Positions 34,932 to 44,315 of a stretch of 64,000 bases of DNA are shown here, piece after piece. This DNA comes from Candidatus Nomurabacteria bacterium (GTDB lineage: Bacteria; Patescibacteriota; Minisyncoccia; Phycocordibacterales; UBA9973), in contig JAHFNJ010000001.1 of NCBI GenBank assembly GCA_023267375.1, forward strand, positions 21,878 through 85,877, in the 5' to 3' direction. A model generated the notes under the pieces. It saw only the letters and a list, made by a program, of their open reading frames with translations, ran no database searches and had not been told where the DNA came from. The translations under genes were made by a program, and so were the position numbers. Positions within the stretch are counted from its first letter, which is position 1; every line of letters starts with the position of its first letter.

Positions 34932-35903
34932 TTACGGATGCTCTACGAGATTTTTGACTGAGCTTGAATTGTGAATACCCATAATACTATCCGCCAACTC
35001 CCCTGCTACAGATAAAATTTCAAGTTGTTTAAAGTGTTTTTCTTTTGGCACTGGGATCGTATCGGTTACCACTACTTTTTTGAATTCAGAATTTTTGAGT
35101 CGCTCTATCGCAGCTCCAGAAAAAATACCATGTGTTGCCATCATATAGACATCTTTTGCTCCTTTGTCTTTCAAAAACTTCGCTGCCTCACATGCAGTGC
35201 CAGCCGTATCGATCATATCGTCGTACATAATACAGGTCATACCAGTCACATCACCAACCAAGTGCATAGGCGTTGTTTCTTGTTTTGCACTGTGACGGCG
35301 TTTGTTGACGATCGCAAAGTCGAGTCCGATACTTTCAGCAAATTTTCCCGCCTTCGCTACCCCACCCAAATCTGGCGCAACCACTTTAAACTTTTTCGGG
35401 TCATTCATTTTATTTTTCTTCACGTAGTCGATAAAGAGGCTCTTTGTAGACTTGTTGTCACAGTATGTTGAGAAAAATCCTTGTTCTTGATCGGAGTGGA
35501 GCGTCATAGTGAGCACATAGTCGGCACCAGCTGCTTTCAATAGATCTGCAACGAGACGGCCAGTAATCGGTTCGCGTGCTTTTGTCTTTCGATCCTGTCG
35601 CATGTATGGCAAAAAAGGAATAATAGCGCAAATACGCCCCGCCGCTGCACGGCGCATCGCATCAATAAAGACAAATAGTTCCATCAAGTCTGCATCAACT
35701 GAGCCAGTACGCGCAGTTTGAATAATAAAAATATCTTTACCGCGAACAGTCTCCAGTGGAAATATTTTCACTTCTCCATTTTGAAAGCGAATATGTTCTA
35801 CTTCACCGAGTGTAATACCCAACTTTTTTGCAATTTTTTCAGAAAGTTCTGGATGACTTGTTCCTGAAAATACTTTAAAGCTGGTATCTGTGTTTTTTTT
35901 CAT
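34932..35903 (-). CDS. prs: ribose-phosphate pyrophosphokinase
   Basis: FSGTSHPELSEKIAKKLG.., a divalent-cation site and a PRPP-binding loop. Confidence 0.9.
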   Translation of the reverse strand: MKKNTDTSFKVFSGTSHPELSEKIAKKLGITLGEVEHIRFQNGEVKIFPLETVRGKDIFIIQTARTGSVDADLMELFVFIDAMRRAAAGRICAIIPFLPYMRQDRKTKAREPITGRLVADLLKAAGADYVLTMTLHSDQEQGFFSTYCDNKSTKSLFIDYVKKNKMNDPKKFKVVAPDLGGVAKAGKFAESIGLDFAIVNKRRHSAKQETTPMHLVGDVTGMTCIMYDDMIDTAGTACEAAKFLKDKGAKDVYMMATHGIFSGAAIERLKNSEFKKVVVTDTIPVPKEKHFKQLEILSVAGELADSIMGIHNSSSVKNLVEHP

Positions 35904-35949
35904 ACGTTGTTATATAAATAAATGAGTGCAATAATGCCTACACGGTACC

Positions 35950-36984
35950 ATGAAATACCTCTTTTATACAACATCAGAAACAGCCTGGGATGGCCTCTTT
36001 GAGGCCATGCAAGCAGCCCAAAAATCGATATATCTCGAAATGTATATTTTCGTCGATGACACCGAAAAAGAAAATGACTTTATTTCCCTCTTATCCGCAA
36101 AAGCACGCGCGGGAGTATCGGTTCGAATGATTCTCGACATGTTTGGAAGCGCGGATCTTTCAGACAAAGCTCGAAAAGAACTTGAAGACGCCGGCGTTGA
36201 ATTACTCTTTTTCAGAAAATGGTTTCGTAGACTGCATAAAAAAATTGTTATCGTCGATGAAAAAGTTGGATTCTTGGGGGGCGTCAATATTCATCAATCA
36301 GCACGACTTTGGAGCGATCTCCTCATCCGTCTACAAGGACCTATCGTGCACTCACTTATCCGCTCATTTAAACGGACCTATCGCACATCAGGAGGCCGTG
36401 ATCAATACGTTCTTTCATTCAAGAAAAAAGCAGTGCTCGGTCATACGCGTATATGGCTCTTTGAACACATCCCTGATCTGCGCCAACCGCGATTGCGCGA
36501 TATTTATACAGAATCGATCCTCAAAGCAAAAAAACAATTGATTCTAGTGACACCATACTTCCTCCCCCATAAATGGCTCATCCAACTTCTCAAAGAAACA
36601 GTCGCGCGCGGAGTTGAGGTGCAAGTGATTGTACCAACCAAAACAGATCTTACTTTTATCACGCGCGCAAATCGATTTTTTGTAAATCTGCTCGCAGGTG
36701 ATGGAATTACCTTTTTCGAAACACCAAAAATGAATCATGCAAAACTGCTCCTCATTGATGAGAATCTCGCGCTTGTCGGTTCGCAAAATATCGATGCCAT
36801 GTCGTTTGATTTCAACGCAGAAGTTGGAGTTTTTTTTAATGATAAAAAAATGATCCATGACCTTTTTGCAATAGTCGATGGATGGAGATCAGCTGCACAA
36901 AAAATAACCACTCCTTCAAAAAATATAACATGGGATGACAAACTATTCTCTTTTTTAATTCGCGCACTACAGCCGTTATTATAA
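35950..36984 (+). CDS. phospholipase D family protein (cardiolipin synthase-like, two HKD motifs)
   Basis: HKKIVIVDEKVGFLGGVNI and HAKLLLIDENLALVGSQNID. Confidence 0.75.
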   Translation: MKYLFYTTSETAWDGLFEAMQAAQKSIYLEMYIFVDDTEKENDFISLLSAKARAGVSVRMILDMFGSADLSDKARKELEDAGVELLFFRKWFRRLHKKIVIVDEKVGFLGGVNIHQSARLWSDLLIRLQGPIVHSLIRSFKRTYRTSGGRDQYVLSFKKKAVLGHTRIWLFEHIPDLRQPRLRDIYTESILKAKKQLILVTPYFLPHKWLIQLLKETVARGVEVQVIVPTKTDLTFITRANRFFVNLLAGDGITFFETPKMNHAKLLLIDENLALVGSQNIDAMSFDFNAEVGVFFNDKKMIHDLFAIVDGWRSAAQKITTPSKNITWDDKLFSFLIRALQPLL

Positions 36985-36989
36985 AAGTG

Positions 36990-37062
36990 TGCGCGATACA
37001 GGATTCGAACCTGTGACCTACCCCACGTCAAGGGGTCGCTCTACCAACTGAGCTAACCGCGC
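36990..37062 (-). tRNA. tRNA-Val(GAC)
   Basis: Reverse complement reads gcgcggt ta gctcagttggtagagc g acccc ttGACgt ggggt aggtc acagg-ttcgaat-cctgt atcgcgc a. Confidence 0.85.
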
Positions 37063-37128
37063 AAATCAATACCGTAAGATTACAAAATATTAGGCATTCT
37101 GGCAACTTAATGAAAAAAATAATAATAA

Positions 37129-38340
37129 ATGCTAGAATGCCCGGACATGCGCATCCTTGCTATCGAAACCTCGTGCGACGAAACAGCTATCTCAATAATT
37201 GAAGCCTACGGCGGATTAAAAAATCCGCGTTTTCGTGTTTTAGGAAATAAAATAGCTTCGCAAGCAGCATTCCACGCACAATATGGCGGCGTCTTTCCTA
37301 TGATGGCAAAACGAGAACACTCAAAAAATATTGTTCCGCTTTTTCTATCAGTACTCAAAGAAGCAAAAGTATTGAAGATAAACCCTAAAGCTACCTTTAC
37401 CACTGTCCAGGAAAATAAAATCAAAAAAATGCTCGAGCGTGAACCTGAAATGCTCGATTTATTTTTAGAGAAAATTTCAAGACTCGCGAAACCTCGCTTT
37501 GATGTAATCGCGGTAACCGTCGGCCCAGGGCTCGAGCCTGCGCTTTGGGTTGGCATCAACTTCGCAAAAACACTTGCAACGATTTGGAAAATCCCGGTCA
37601 TACCAGTAAACCACATGGAAGGACACTTTCTTTCAGTGCTTATGCAAAAAAATGGAAAAAACCTGCCTGCCGGCAAGCAGGTACAATTTCCTGCTTTGTC
37701 ATTACTTGTGTCAGGAGGACATACCGAACTTGTACTTGCAACTGATTGGCTGAAATATAAAAAAATCGGTCAGACTCGCGATGACGCTGCCGGTGAAGCA
37801 TTTGATAAAGTCGCGCGTATGCTCGAACTTCCTTATCCTGGCGGGCCTGAAATTTCAAAACTCGCCGCGCAATTCCCTAAAGACCATCCTCAGACGATCA
37901 AGCTTCCTCGCCCAATGATCCAAAGCGGAGATTTTGATTTTTCCTTTTCTGGACTTAAAACAGCAGTGCTCTACCTTTTACGCGACATGACAAAAATAAA
38001 TCCTGCTGTTTTACAAAATAGCGACACAAAAAGAGAAATTGCATTTGAGTTTCAAAATGCCGTAGTTGAAGTACTCGTGACCAAAACGATGCGCGCACTG
38101 CAAAAATATAAAGCAAAAACGCTGATTGTCGGCGGTGGCGTATCTGCAAACAAAGAACTCCAAAAAGGATTACGAATGGCAACACAGAAAGAAAAAATTA
38201 TACTTCATTTTCCAATCAAAGACCTTTCCACAGACAACTCCCTTATGATTGGTATCGCCGGTTACTTTCAATTTTTGAAAAATAAAAAACGAGGCAAACC
38301 CCTTACATCGCTCAAAGCAATTGGTAATCTTTCGCTCTAA
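37129..38340 (+). CDS. tsaD: tRNA N6-adenosine threonylcarbamoyltransferase TsaD
   Basis: MRILAIETSCDETAISI, HMEGH metal site, and the Kae1/TsaD family over the full length. Carries a ~45-aa lineage-specific insertion. The start may be MRIL at 37147. Confidence 0.85.
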   Translation: MLECPDMRILAIETSCDETAISIIEAYGGLKNPRFRVLGNKIASQAAFHAQYGGVFPMMAKREHSKNIVPLFLSVLKEAKVLKINPKATFTTVQENKIKKMLEREPEMLDLFLEKISRLAKPRFDVIAVTVGPGLEPALWVGINFAKTLATIWKIPVIPVNHMEGHFLSVLMQKNGKNLPAGKQVQFPALSLLVSGGHTELVLATDWLKYKKIGQTRDDAAGEAFDKVARMLELPYPGGPEISKLAAQFPKDHPQTIKLPRPMIQSGDFDFSFSGLKTAVLYLLRDMTKINPAVLQNSDTKREIAFEFQNAVVEVLVTKTMRALQKYKAKTLIVGGGVSANKELQKGLRMATQKEKIILHFPIKDLSTDNSLMIGIAGYFQFLKNKKRGKPLTSLKAIGNLSL

Positions 38341-38350
38341 CATAAATAAA

Positions 38351-38372
38351 AAAGCCCGCTCTATAGCGGGCT
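38351..38372. terminator. bidirectional rho-independent terminator
   Basis: aagcccgctctatagcgggctt hairpin flanked by A6 and T7. Confidence 0.6.
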
Positions 38373-38402
38373 TTTTTTAGGATTGTAATTACATACACAC
38401 AA

Positions 38403-39350
38403 TTACTGCAGCACTGTTGGGCGACCTGAAATACTAGTGCCTCTGTCTGCAGAATGCTTGAACGATCGCACATGCAAAGTCATTTCCTTCTCCTTTGCTA
38501 AAAGAATTGCTTGAGGATGTACAATCTGTGCTTTCTTTTCTGTCACCAAAATGTAGGCATCATCGTATGAAATATTTTCATACCGCTTCGCGTCCGGATT
38601 AACATTTGGGTCTTCTGTATAGACACCCGGCACATCTGTCCACTTTGTAGCGGATTTTGCACCAAGAGCATACGCAATAATAGCCAAAGAATAGTCAGAA
38701 CCTTCACGACCAAGTGTTGTAACACCGCTCAGTGTTCCGCCAACAAAACCTTGAGTCATAGCAACATGTCGTAAAAAAAGTGCTTTTTCAATACTGCTGA
38801 GCGTAATCGCTGCAACTGTTTCAGGAAGCAGTACTTGTGCACGGGTGTGCACACTGTCGGTTTTGATCAATTCTGGCGCATCAAAAACAGCAACCTTGAT
38901 TCCGTTTGAATCAAAAACCTCATGCATAATAGCTGTAGCGAAAAACTCACCACAAGAAACGATGCGATCGTAAATTTCACCGTACGTAGCTTCCGTGATT
39001 ACTTGAGATGCCATAAATCTGACAATTCTATCGCGGAGCATTCTTAAGCTTCCTATTGCTTGGCGTTTATTTTTAGAATGCAAATGCAGGCTCTCAACAA
39101 GCCGGTACTGTTTTTGCACCACGGTATCAAAAAGAGCGATCCATGCTGTATCGCCTTTTTTCCAACATTCGAATACTTCTTCAAGGTCATTCGTTGTTTT
39201 GCCCGGTGCAGAGAAAACAAACAGTAAAGGAAAGAGGCTATGTTTTTTGTTTACAACGGCAAAAGTTTGATTAATAGCATGCGCATCAGCGATAGCCTTG
39301 CCACCAAACTTGTGCACTTCTAGGTGTTTGATAAATGGCTCCATAATCAT
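38403..39350 (-). CDS. aspartokinase-like amino-acid kinase (catalytic domain only, no ACT domains)
   Basis: VHKFGGKAI..VFSAPGKTTNDL N-terminal motifs and GREGSDYSLAIIAYALGAKSATKWTDVPGVYTEDP match aspartate kinase. The protein ends before any ACT regulatory domains. Confidence 0.6.
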   Translation of the reverse strand: MIMEPFIKHLEVHKFGGKAIADAHAINQTFAVVNKKHSLFPLLFVFSAPGKTTNDLEEVFECWKKGDTAWIALFDTVVQKQYRLVESLHLHSKNKRQAIGSLRMLRDRIVRFMASQVITEATYGEIYDRIVSCGEFFATAIMHEVFDSNGIKVAVFDAPELIKTDSVHTRAQVLLPETVAAITLSSIEKALFLRHVAMTQGFVGGTLSGVTTLGREGSDYSLAIIAYALGAKSATKWTDVPGVYTEDPNVNPDAKRYENISYDDAYILVTEKKAQIVHPQAILLAKEKEMTLHVRSFKHSADRGTSISGRPTVLQ

Positions 39351-39517
39351 AGGGGATTTTAATTTTTAGAATGAATTTCTCCATACCGTACTTTTTTTAG
39401 GATACTTTGTCAATTTATTAAAGAAGAGTATTTATTTAAGCACTATTCTTTTAAGGAAGAAGAATCTTTCACTAAAACCTTTAAAAATGCTATGGTTAAA
39501 ATAAAAACTACCTTGCC

Positions 39518-39796
39518 ATGAAAAAATACTTCTCTATCCGCAACTATCCTCATTTACTCTTATGGAGAAATAGGACTATCAAAAGAGTAACTACTGCCAC
39601 CAGTAAGTACTTTTCTATCCGTCATTACCCGTATTTATTCATTATCGTAATGATCCTTACACTTCTATTTGGCCTGATCTGGCATAGAATTGCAATCTTC
39701 TTTGTAGCTATTGCCCTTGGATTCACATCCTTGATAATGCTTGCCGGCTATCTTTACGAAGAAATAAAAGAAGAAATCAGATACAGATTGCCTTAG
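39518..39796 (+). CDS. hypothetical small membrane protein with an internal duplication
   Basis: 92 aa. KYFSIRNYPHLL and KYFSIRHYPYLF duplicated segments, then two TM helices. Confidence 0.3.
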   Translation: MKKYFSIRNYPHLLLWRNRTIKRVTTATSKYFSIRHYPYLFIIVMILTLLFGLIWHRIAIFFVAIALGFTSLIMLAGYLYEEIKEEIRYRLP

Positions 39797-39907
39797 AATA
39801 CACCTACGTGGAAAACAAAAAGACGGCTTAAGCAATTGCGAGAGCTGTCTTTTCATTTACCAAAAACCTGTGCAAAAACAGCCTAAAATGTTATATTTTA
39901 AAGGCAT

Positions 39908-42124
39908 ATGAAAGAAAACGAGACAACCCCGGAGAAACTGCTCAAGCCCTACAACCCAGCAGAAACTGAAGACAAAATATACAAGCTCTGGGAAGAGGGC
40001 GGTTTTTTTAACCCAGATGTCTGTATAGAAAAAGGATTCACGCAGGCAGAAGCTGAGGCATTTTCGATGGTTTTACCGCCACCGAATGTGACGGGAACAC
40101 TCCACACTGGCCACGCACTCACCCTTGCTATTGAAGACATCATGGTTCGCTACGCACGCATGCAGGGTAAAAAGACACTCTGGGTTCCTGGTACAGACCA
40201 CGCAGCGATCGCCACACAATCAAAAGTTGAAAAAATTCTTGAAAAAGAAGAAAGCAAGCGCAAAGGAGACTTGGGCCGTGAAGAATTCCTAAAACGCGTA
40301 GAAAAATTTGCCCAAGAGTCTCACGACACAATCATCAACCAAGCAAAAAAAATGGGGGCGTCACTTGATTGGTCACGCGAAGCATTTACGCTCGATAAAA
40401 AACGTGAGAAGGCAGTCTACACAGCATTCAAGCGAATGTATGACGACGGACTTATTTATCGTGGCTATCGCGTCGTAAACTGGGACCCTAAAGGCCAAAC
40501 AACCATTTCTGATGACGAGCTCGTGTATGAAGAACGCAAAGCAAAACTCTACACTTTCAAATACTCAAAAGACTTCCCTATTTCTATTTCAACTACTCGC
40601 CCCGAAACAAAACTCGGTGATACCGCTGTTGCCGTGCATCCAGATGACCCGCGTTATAAAGAATTTGTTGGCAAAGAATACGATGCTGTATTTTGCGGAG
40701 CGCCGATTCATATAAAAATAATCGCCGATGATTCAGTCGAAATGGAATTTGGTACGGGGGCACTTGGTGTGACACCAGCGCACAGTATGGCTGACTGGGA
40801 AATGGGACAGAAGCACAACTTGCCGCTCGTTCCAGTCATCAATGAATTCGCCAAAATGATTTTGGGTAATGAATCAGTGCTTGGTAAAAAAACAACTGAA
40901 GCCCGCGAAGCAGTCGTGGAATGGCTCCGCACCGAAGGACTCCTCGAGAAAGAAGAAGAAATCTCACAAAATGTTTCAACAGCTGAACGCACTGGCGCAA
41001 TTATTGAACCACTGCCAAAACTCCAATGGTTTATAAACGTAAACAAACCAATTGCTTCACGCGGCAACAAAACTCTCAAAGAGCTTATGCTTGAGCCAGT
41101 ACGTGATGGAAAGATTAAAGTTCTTCCCGATCGATTTGAACGCGTGTATTACAATTGGATTGAAAACCTCCGCGACTGGTGCATCTCAAGACAGATTTGG
41201 TATGGACACCAAGTACCTGTTTGGTATAAAAATGAAGCGCTCTATTGCGGTACAGAAGCCCCACAAGAGGAAGGTTGGATTCAAGACCCCGACACCCTCG
41301 ACACCTGGTTTTCTTCAGGTCTTTGGACGTTCTCTACACTCGGCTGGCCAGATGAAACTCCCGATCTTAAAACCTATCACCCAACAACGGTCCTTGAAAC
41401 TGGTTACGACATTTTATTCTTTTGGATCGCTCGAATGATTTTGATGAGTCAGTATTTACTCGGTGATATTCCATTCAAAAATGTCTACCTGCACGGCTTA
41501 GTACGCGATAAAGACGGCAAAAAAATGTCGAAATCGCTCGGCAATGCTATGGATCCACTCGAGCTCATTAAAAAGTATGGGACCGATGCCGTACGTATGG
41601 CACTTATTATCGGCACAGCTCCCGGTAACGATTCCAAGCTTGCTGAAGAAAACATTCGTGGCTACGGCAGATTCGCAAATAAAATGTGGAATGTCGCACG
41701 ATTCGTTGTTGAAAATACCACAGATCTCGATACAAGCGGTACACCAGCATTCGATGAAGAAGATGAGGCATCTCTCAAAGAACTTTCATCACTCATTGAT
41801 GAAATTACAAAAGAGATGGATGAGTATAAATTCTATCTTGTTGCCGAAAAGTTATACCACTACTTCTGGCACACCTTTGCTGATATAATTATTGAACGAA
41901 GTAAAAAGAAAATTGCTGAAGGTGACGCACAAGCAATCCTCTCAGCAAAATGGATTCTCGTAAGCCACTTAAACACATTACTTCGCGCCCTTCATCCGTT
42001 CATGCCATTCGTTACTGAAGAAATTTGGGGTTTGTTGTTTACCCGAAATGTTTCTACTGAAACAGGCGGGCCAAGCACATCTTCCAAAATGCTCATCGTT
42101 GAATCGTGGCCGTCTCAATCGTAG
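39908..42124 (+). CDS. valS: valyl-tRNA synthetase
   Basis: PPPNVTGTLHTGHAL (HIGH), KMSKSLGN, and an editing domain. At 738 aa it is short and seems to lack the usual C-terminal coiled-coil. Confidence 0.9.
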   Translation: MKENETTPEKLLKPYNPAETEDKIYKLWEEGGFFNPDVCIEKGFTQAEAEAFSMVLPPPNVTGTLHTGHALTLAIEDIMVRYARMQGKKTLWVPGTDHAAIATQSKVEKILEKEESKRKGDLGREEFLKRVEKFAQESHDTIINQAKKMGASLDWSREAFTLDKKREKAVYTAFKRMYDDGLIYRGYRVVNWDPKGQTTISDDELVYEERKAKLYTFKYSKDFPISISTTRPETKLGDTAVAVHPDDPRYKEFVGKEYDAVFCGAPIHIKIIADDSVEMEFGTGALGVTPAHSMADWEMGQKHNLPLVPVINEFAKMILGNESVLGKKTTEAREAVVEWLRTEGLLEKEEEISQNVSTAERTGAIIEPLPKLQWFINVNKPIASRGNKTLKELMLEPVRDGKIKVLPDRFERVYYNWIENLRDWCISRQIWYGHQVPVWYKNEALYCGTEAPQEEGWIQDPDTLDTWFSSGLWTFSTLGWPDETPDLKTYHPTTVLETGYDILFFWIARMILMSQYLLGDIPFKNVYLHGLVRDKDGKKMSKSLGNAMDPLELIKKYGTDAVRMALIIGTAPGNDSKLAEENIRGYGRFANKMWNVARFVVENTTDLDTSGTPAFDEEDEASLKELSSLIDEITKEMDEYKFYLVAEKLYHYFWHTFADIIIERSKKKIAEGDAQAILSAKWILVSHLNTLLRALHPFMPFVTEEIWGLLFTRNVSTETGGPSTSSKMLIVESWPSQS

Positions 42125-42160
42125 TAGTTTACGTTTGCCCATACACATCACCACATCCGA

Positions 42161-42847
42161 ATGATAGGAAATTATCCAATCTTGATAGCAGTTATTGGCG
42201 GATTTATTCCAGCCTTTTTATGGCTCTTGTTTTGGCTTCGCGAGGACCCACACCCTGAACCAAAAGGGCTTCTGTTTATTACTTTTTTAATCGGCATGGC
42301 GTCGGTTATCTTGATTGTGCCACTTGAACAGTTTGCGCGTGCAAACTTCACCCAAAGCACAGGCCTGACCGTAGTGTGGGCAGCACTTGAGGAGATCATA
42401 AAATACTTTGCTGTGGCAGTTGTTGCCCTTAAAAGCGCTGCCGTTGATGAACCTATCGACTACCCTATTTATTTCATTACCGCAGCACTCGGCTTTGCGT
42501 CTTTTGAAAACACCCTCTTCTTGATTCATCCCTTAACAACAGATCAAGCAACAGTCAGCTTGCTCACCGGGAGTCTTCGATTCCTTGGAGCAAACCTACT
42601 TCACTCAACAGCAAGTGCCCTAGTAGGCATTTCACTTGGCCTTGCGTTTTATCAGGGATGGCTATCACGCAAAATCCACCTTTTTATTGGACTTGCCGCT
42701 GCAGTTACCTTGCATAGTATCTTTAATTTCTTTATAATTAAAAACAGCGGAGGAAGTTTTTTTGGAATTTTTGGTTTTCTCTGGGTCGCAACCATAATTA
42801 CCTTCCTTCTTTTTGAAAAGCTACGCCGATTAAATAATCTGGAGTAG
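42161..42847 (+). CDS. PrsW-family intramembrane metalloprotease
   Basis: EEIIKYFAV, FENTLFL and HSTASALVGISLG motifs in a polytopic membrane protein. Confidence 0.6.
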   Translation: MIGNYPILIAVIGGFIPAFLWLLFWLREDPHPEPKGLLFITFLIGMASVILIVPLEQFARANFTQSTGLTVVWAALEEIIKYFAVAVVALKSAAVDEPIDYPIYFITAALGFASFENTLFLIHPLTTDQATVSLLTGSLRFLGANLLHSTASALVGISLGLAFYQGWLSRKIHLFIGLAAAVTLHSIFNFFIIKNSGGSFFGIFGFLWVATIITFLLFEKLRRLNNLE

Positions 42848-42902
42848 CAATTATCAATAGAACTTAAAAAAAATTGAAGTTCTAACCTTTTAAAACACAA
42901 TT

Positions 42903-43382
42903 ATGTTATTTAAGAAAAAATCTTTTTTGGAACGACTCACCGGCGCGGCTCGCATGGATGACGAAATAGAAGAAGAGGCTCCACACGAACTAAAACCAAA
43001 AAGTATTGGAGGTCATAGCAAGGATTCAAACTGGATGGAAGAAGAAGCTGAAGAAGGACAGCTAACGGTGGATGTATACCAAACACCAAACGAAATAGTT
43101 GTGCAAACAATGGTTGCTGGTGTTCGCCCAGAAGATTTGAGTATCTCTATCACCCGCGACATGATCACTATTCGCGGTAAACGCGAAGAAAATAGATCTA
43201 TCAACGACGAAAATTACTTTACCAAAGAGCTCTATTGGGGATCATTCTCTCGTACAATCCTCCTTCCCCAAGAAATTGACCCAGAGGAAGCTGAAGCAGT
43301 AGAAAAACACGGATTGCTTGTGGTAAAGCTTCCGAAAATAGACAAGGAGCGAAAGACAAACCTCCGAATTAAATCGCTTTAA
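42903..43382 (+). CDS. Hsp20/alpha-crystallin small heat-shock protein
   Basis: Alpha-crystallin domain (DVYQTPNEIVVQTMVAGVRPEDLSISITRDMITIRGKRE ... GLLVVKLPK). Confidence 0.85.
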   Translation: MLFKKKSFLERLTGAARMDDEIEEEAPHELKPKSIGGHSKDSNWMEEEAEEGQLTVDVYQTPNEIVVQTMVAGVRPEDLSISITRDMITIRGKREENRSINDENYFTKELYWGSFSRTILLPQEIDPEEAEAVEKHGLLVVKLPKIDKERKTNLRIKSL

Positions 43383-43386
43383 AATC

Positions 43387-43412
43387 AAAAGACGCCACAT
43401 CGGGCGTCTTTT
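43387..43412. terminator. rho-independent terminator after hsp20
   Basis: aaaagacgcc-acatcg-ggcgtctttt hairpin. Confidence 0.55.
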
Positions 43413-43425
43413 GATTTACGGTGTG

Positions 43426-43498
43426 TGCTTGGGACCAGATTTGAACTGGTGACATCTCCCTCTTCAGGGGAGCGCTCTACCAACTGAGCTACCCAAGC
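43426..43498 (-). tRNA. tRNA-Phe(GAA)
   Basis: Reverse complement reads gcttggg ta gctcagttggtagagc g ctccc ctGAAga gggag atgtc accag-ttcaaat-ctggt cccaagc a. Confidence 0.85.
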
Positions 43499-43596
43499 AA
43501 CTAACTATGCTACAGTAGCATATTTTGACATAAATATGCAAAAACCCCATAAGAAAACTAGACATTCTGCGATATCTAGTTTTCTTACTAGTTTTT

Positions 43597-44013
43597 TTAA
43601 TTCACTCCTTGAGCTGGCTTAAAGAAATCTTTAAAATTCGTGAAATTTTGTGCTCCTTGTGTATAGAGAGCCATTGCTTTATCAAAGTATGGCTTTGCAA
43701 AGTAGTACGCACCCACACTAATGCCAAGAATGATGATCCAATAGATGAGGTGGAGCGTAAACGTACGACGTTGTGCGCGGCGCATTTTTTTCAAAATATT
43801 ATTGTTCTCTCGAGCAAAGTTCAGTGTTTCTTGAACCATATTTCTCAAATCATTTGTATTTTCACCCATAAAGTTGCCTGGCATATTCATACTGTTTGGC
43901 ATCATGTTCGGTACTATGTTAGGCATAGCTGGTGGCGGAGTACTTGGAGTCATATTAGGAATAGCGTTTGGCACAGCACCTGGTTGCGTTGTGTTAATGT
44001 TATTGTTTTCCAT
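43597..44013 (-). CDS. hypothetical protein (Pro/Asn/Met-rich N-terminus, C-terminal TM helix)
   Basis: 138 aa. Low-complexity PNM repeats then LIYWIIILGISVGAYYF. Confidence 0.4.
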   Translation of the reverse strand: MENNNINTTQPGAVPNAIPNMTPSTPPPAMPNIVPNMMPNSMNMPGNFMGENTNDLRNMVQETLNFARENNNILKKMRRAQRRTFTLHLIYWIIILGISVGAYYFAKPYFDKAMALYTQGAQNFTNFKDFFKPAQGVN

Positions 44014-44080
44014 ATACAGTAAATTGTAACATGAGAAAAAGTGAGGGCAATGTGGGTAACTTAAATCTTGTGGTCACAGA

Positions 44081-44179
44081 TAATTTTCTGCTGAAAATTT
44101 CCGCGACCCCGCCTCGCGCCGTCGCGCTCCGGCCGGCACCAATACAAAAGAGTGACTTTGAGTCACTCTTTTGTATTGG
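44081..44179. repeat. structured block: hairpin, then 40-nt ~97% GC island, then a perfect 19-bp-stem palindrome abutting the tRNA-Arg CCA end
   Basis: aattttctgctgaaaatt hairpin. ccgcgaccccgcctcgcgccgtcgcgctccggccggcacc in an AT-rich genome. accaatacaaaagagtgact-ttg-agtcactcttttgtattggt. Confidence 0.5.
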
Positions 44180-44251
44180 TGCCCCCACTCCGAATCGAAC
44201 GGGGATCTATTCCTTAGGACGGAACTGTTCTATCCATTGAACTATGGGGGC
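44177..44251 (-). tRNA. tRNA-Arg(CCU) with encoded CCA
   Basis: Reverse complement reads gccccca ta gttcaatggatagaac a gttcc gtCCTaa ggaat agat ccccg-ttcgatt-cggag tgggggc a cca. One T-stem mismatch. Confidence 0.7.
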
Positions 44252-44256
44252 AACGT

Positions 44257-44283
44257 AAAAGCACCGTTGTGACGGTGCTTTTA
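44257..44283. terminator. bidirectional rho-independent terminator
   Basis: aaaagcaccgt-tgtgac-ggtgctttt. Confidence 0.5.
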
Positions 44284-44315
44284 CTATCATAGGATATTTC
44301 TGCTAAAAAATGAAA

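Noticed and set aside
44000-44240. Two overlapping small ORFs (62 and 69 aa) with near-identical peptides (APIQKSD…SLFCIGA)
   Set aside because: They are mirror products of the 41-nt perfect palindrome and GC island. They also overlap the tRNA-Arg.
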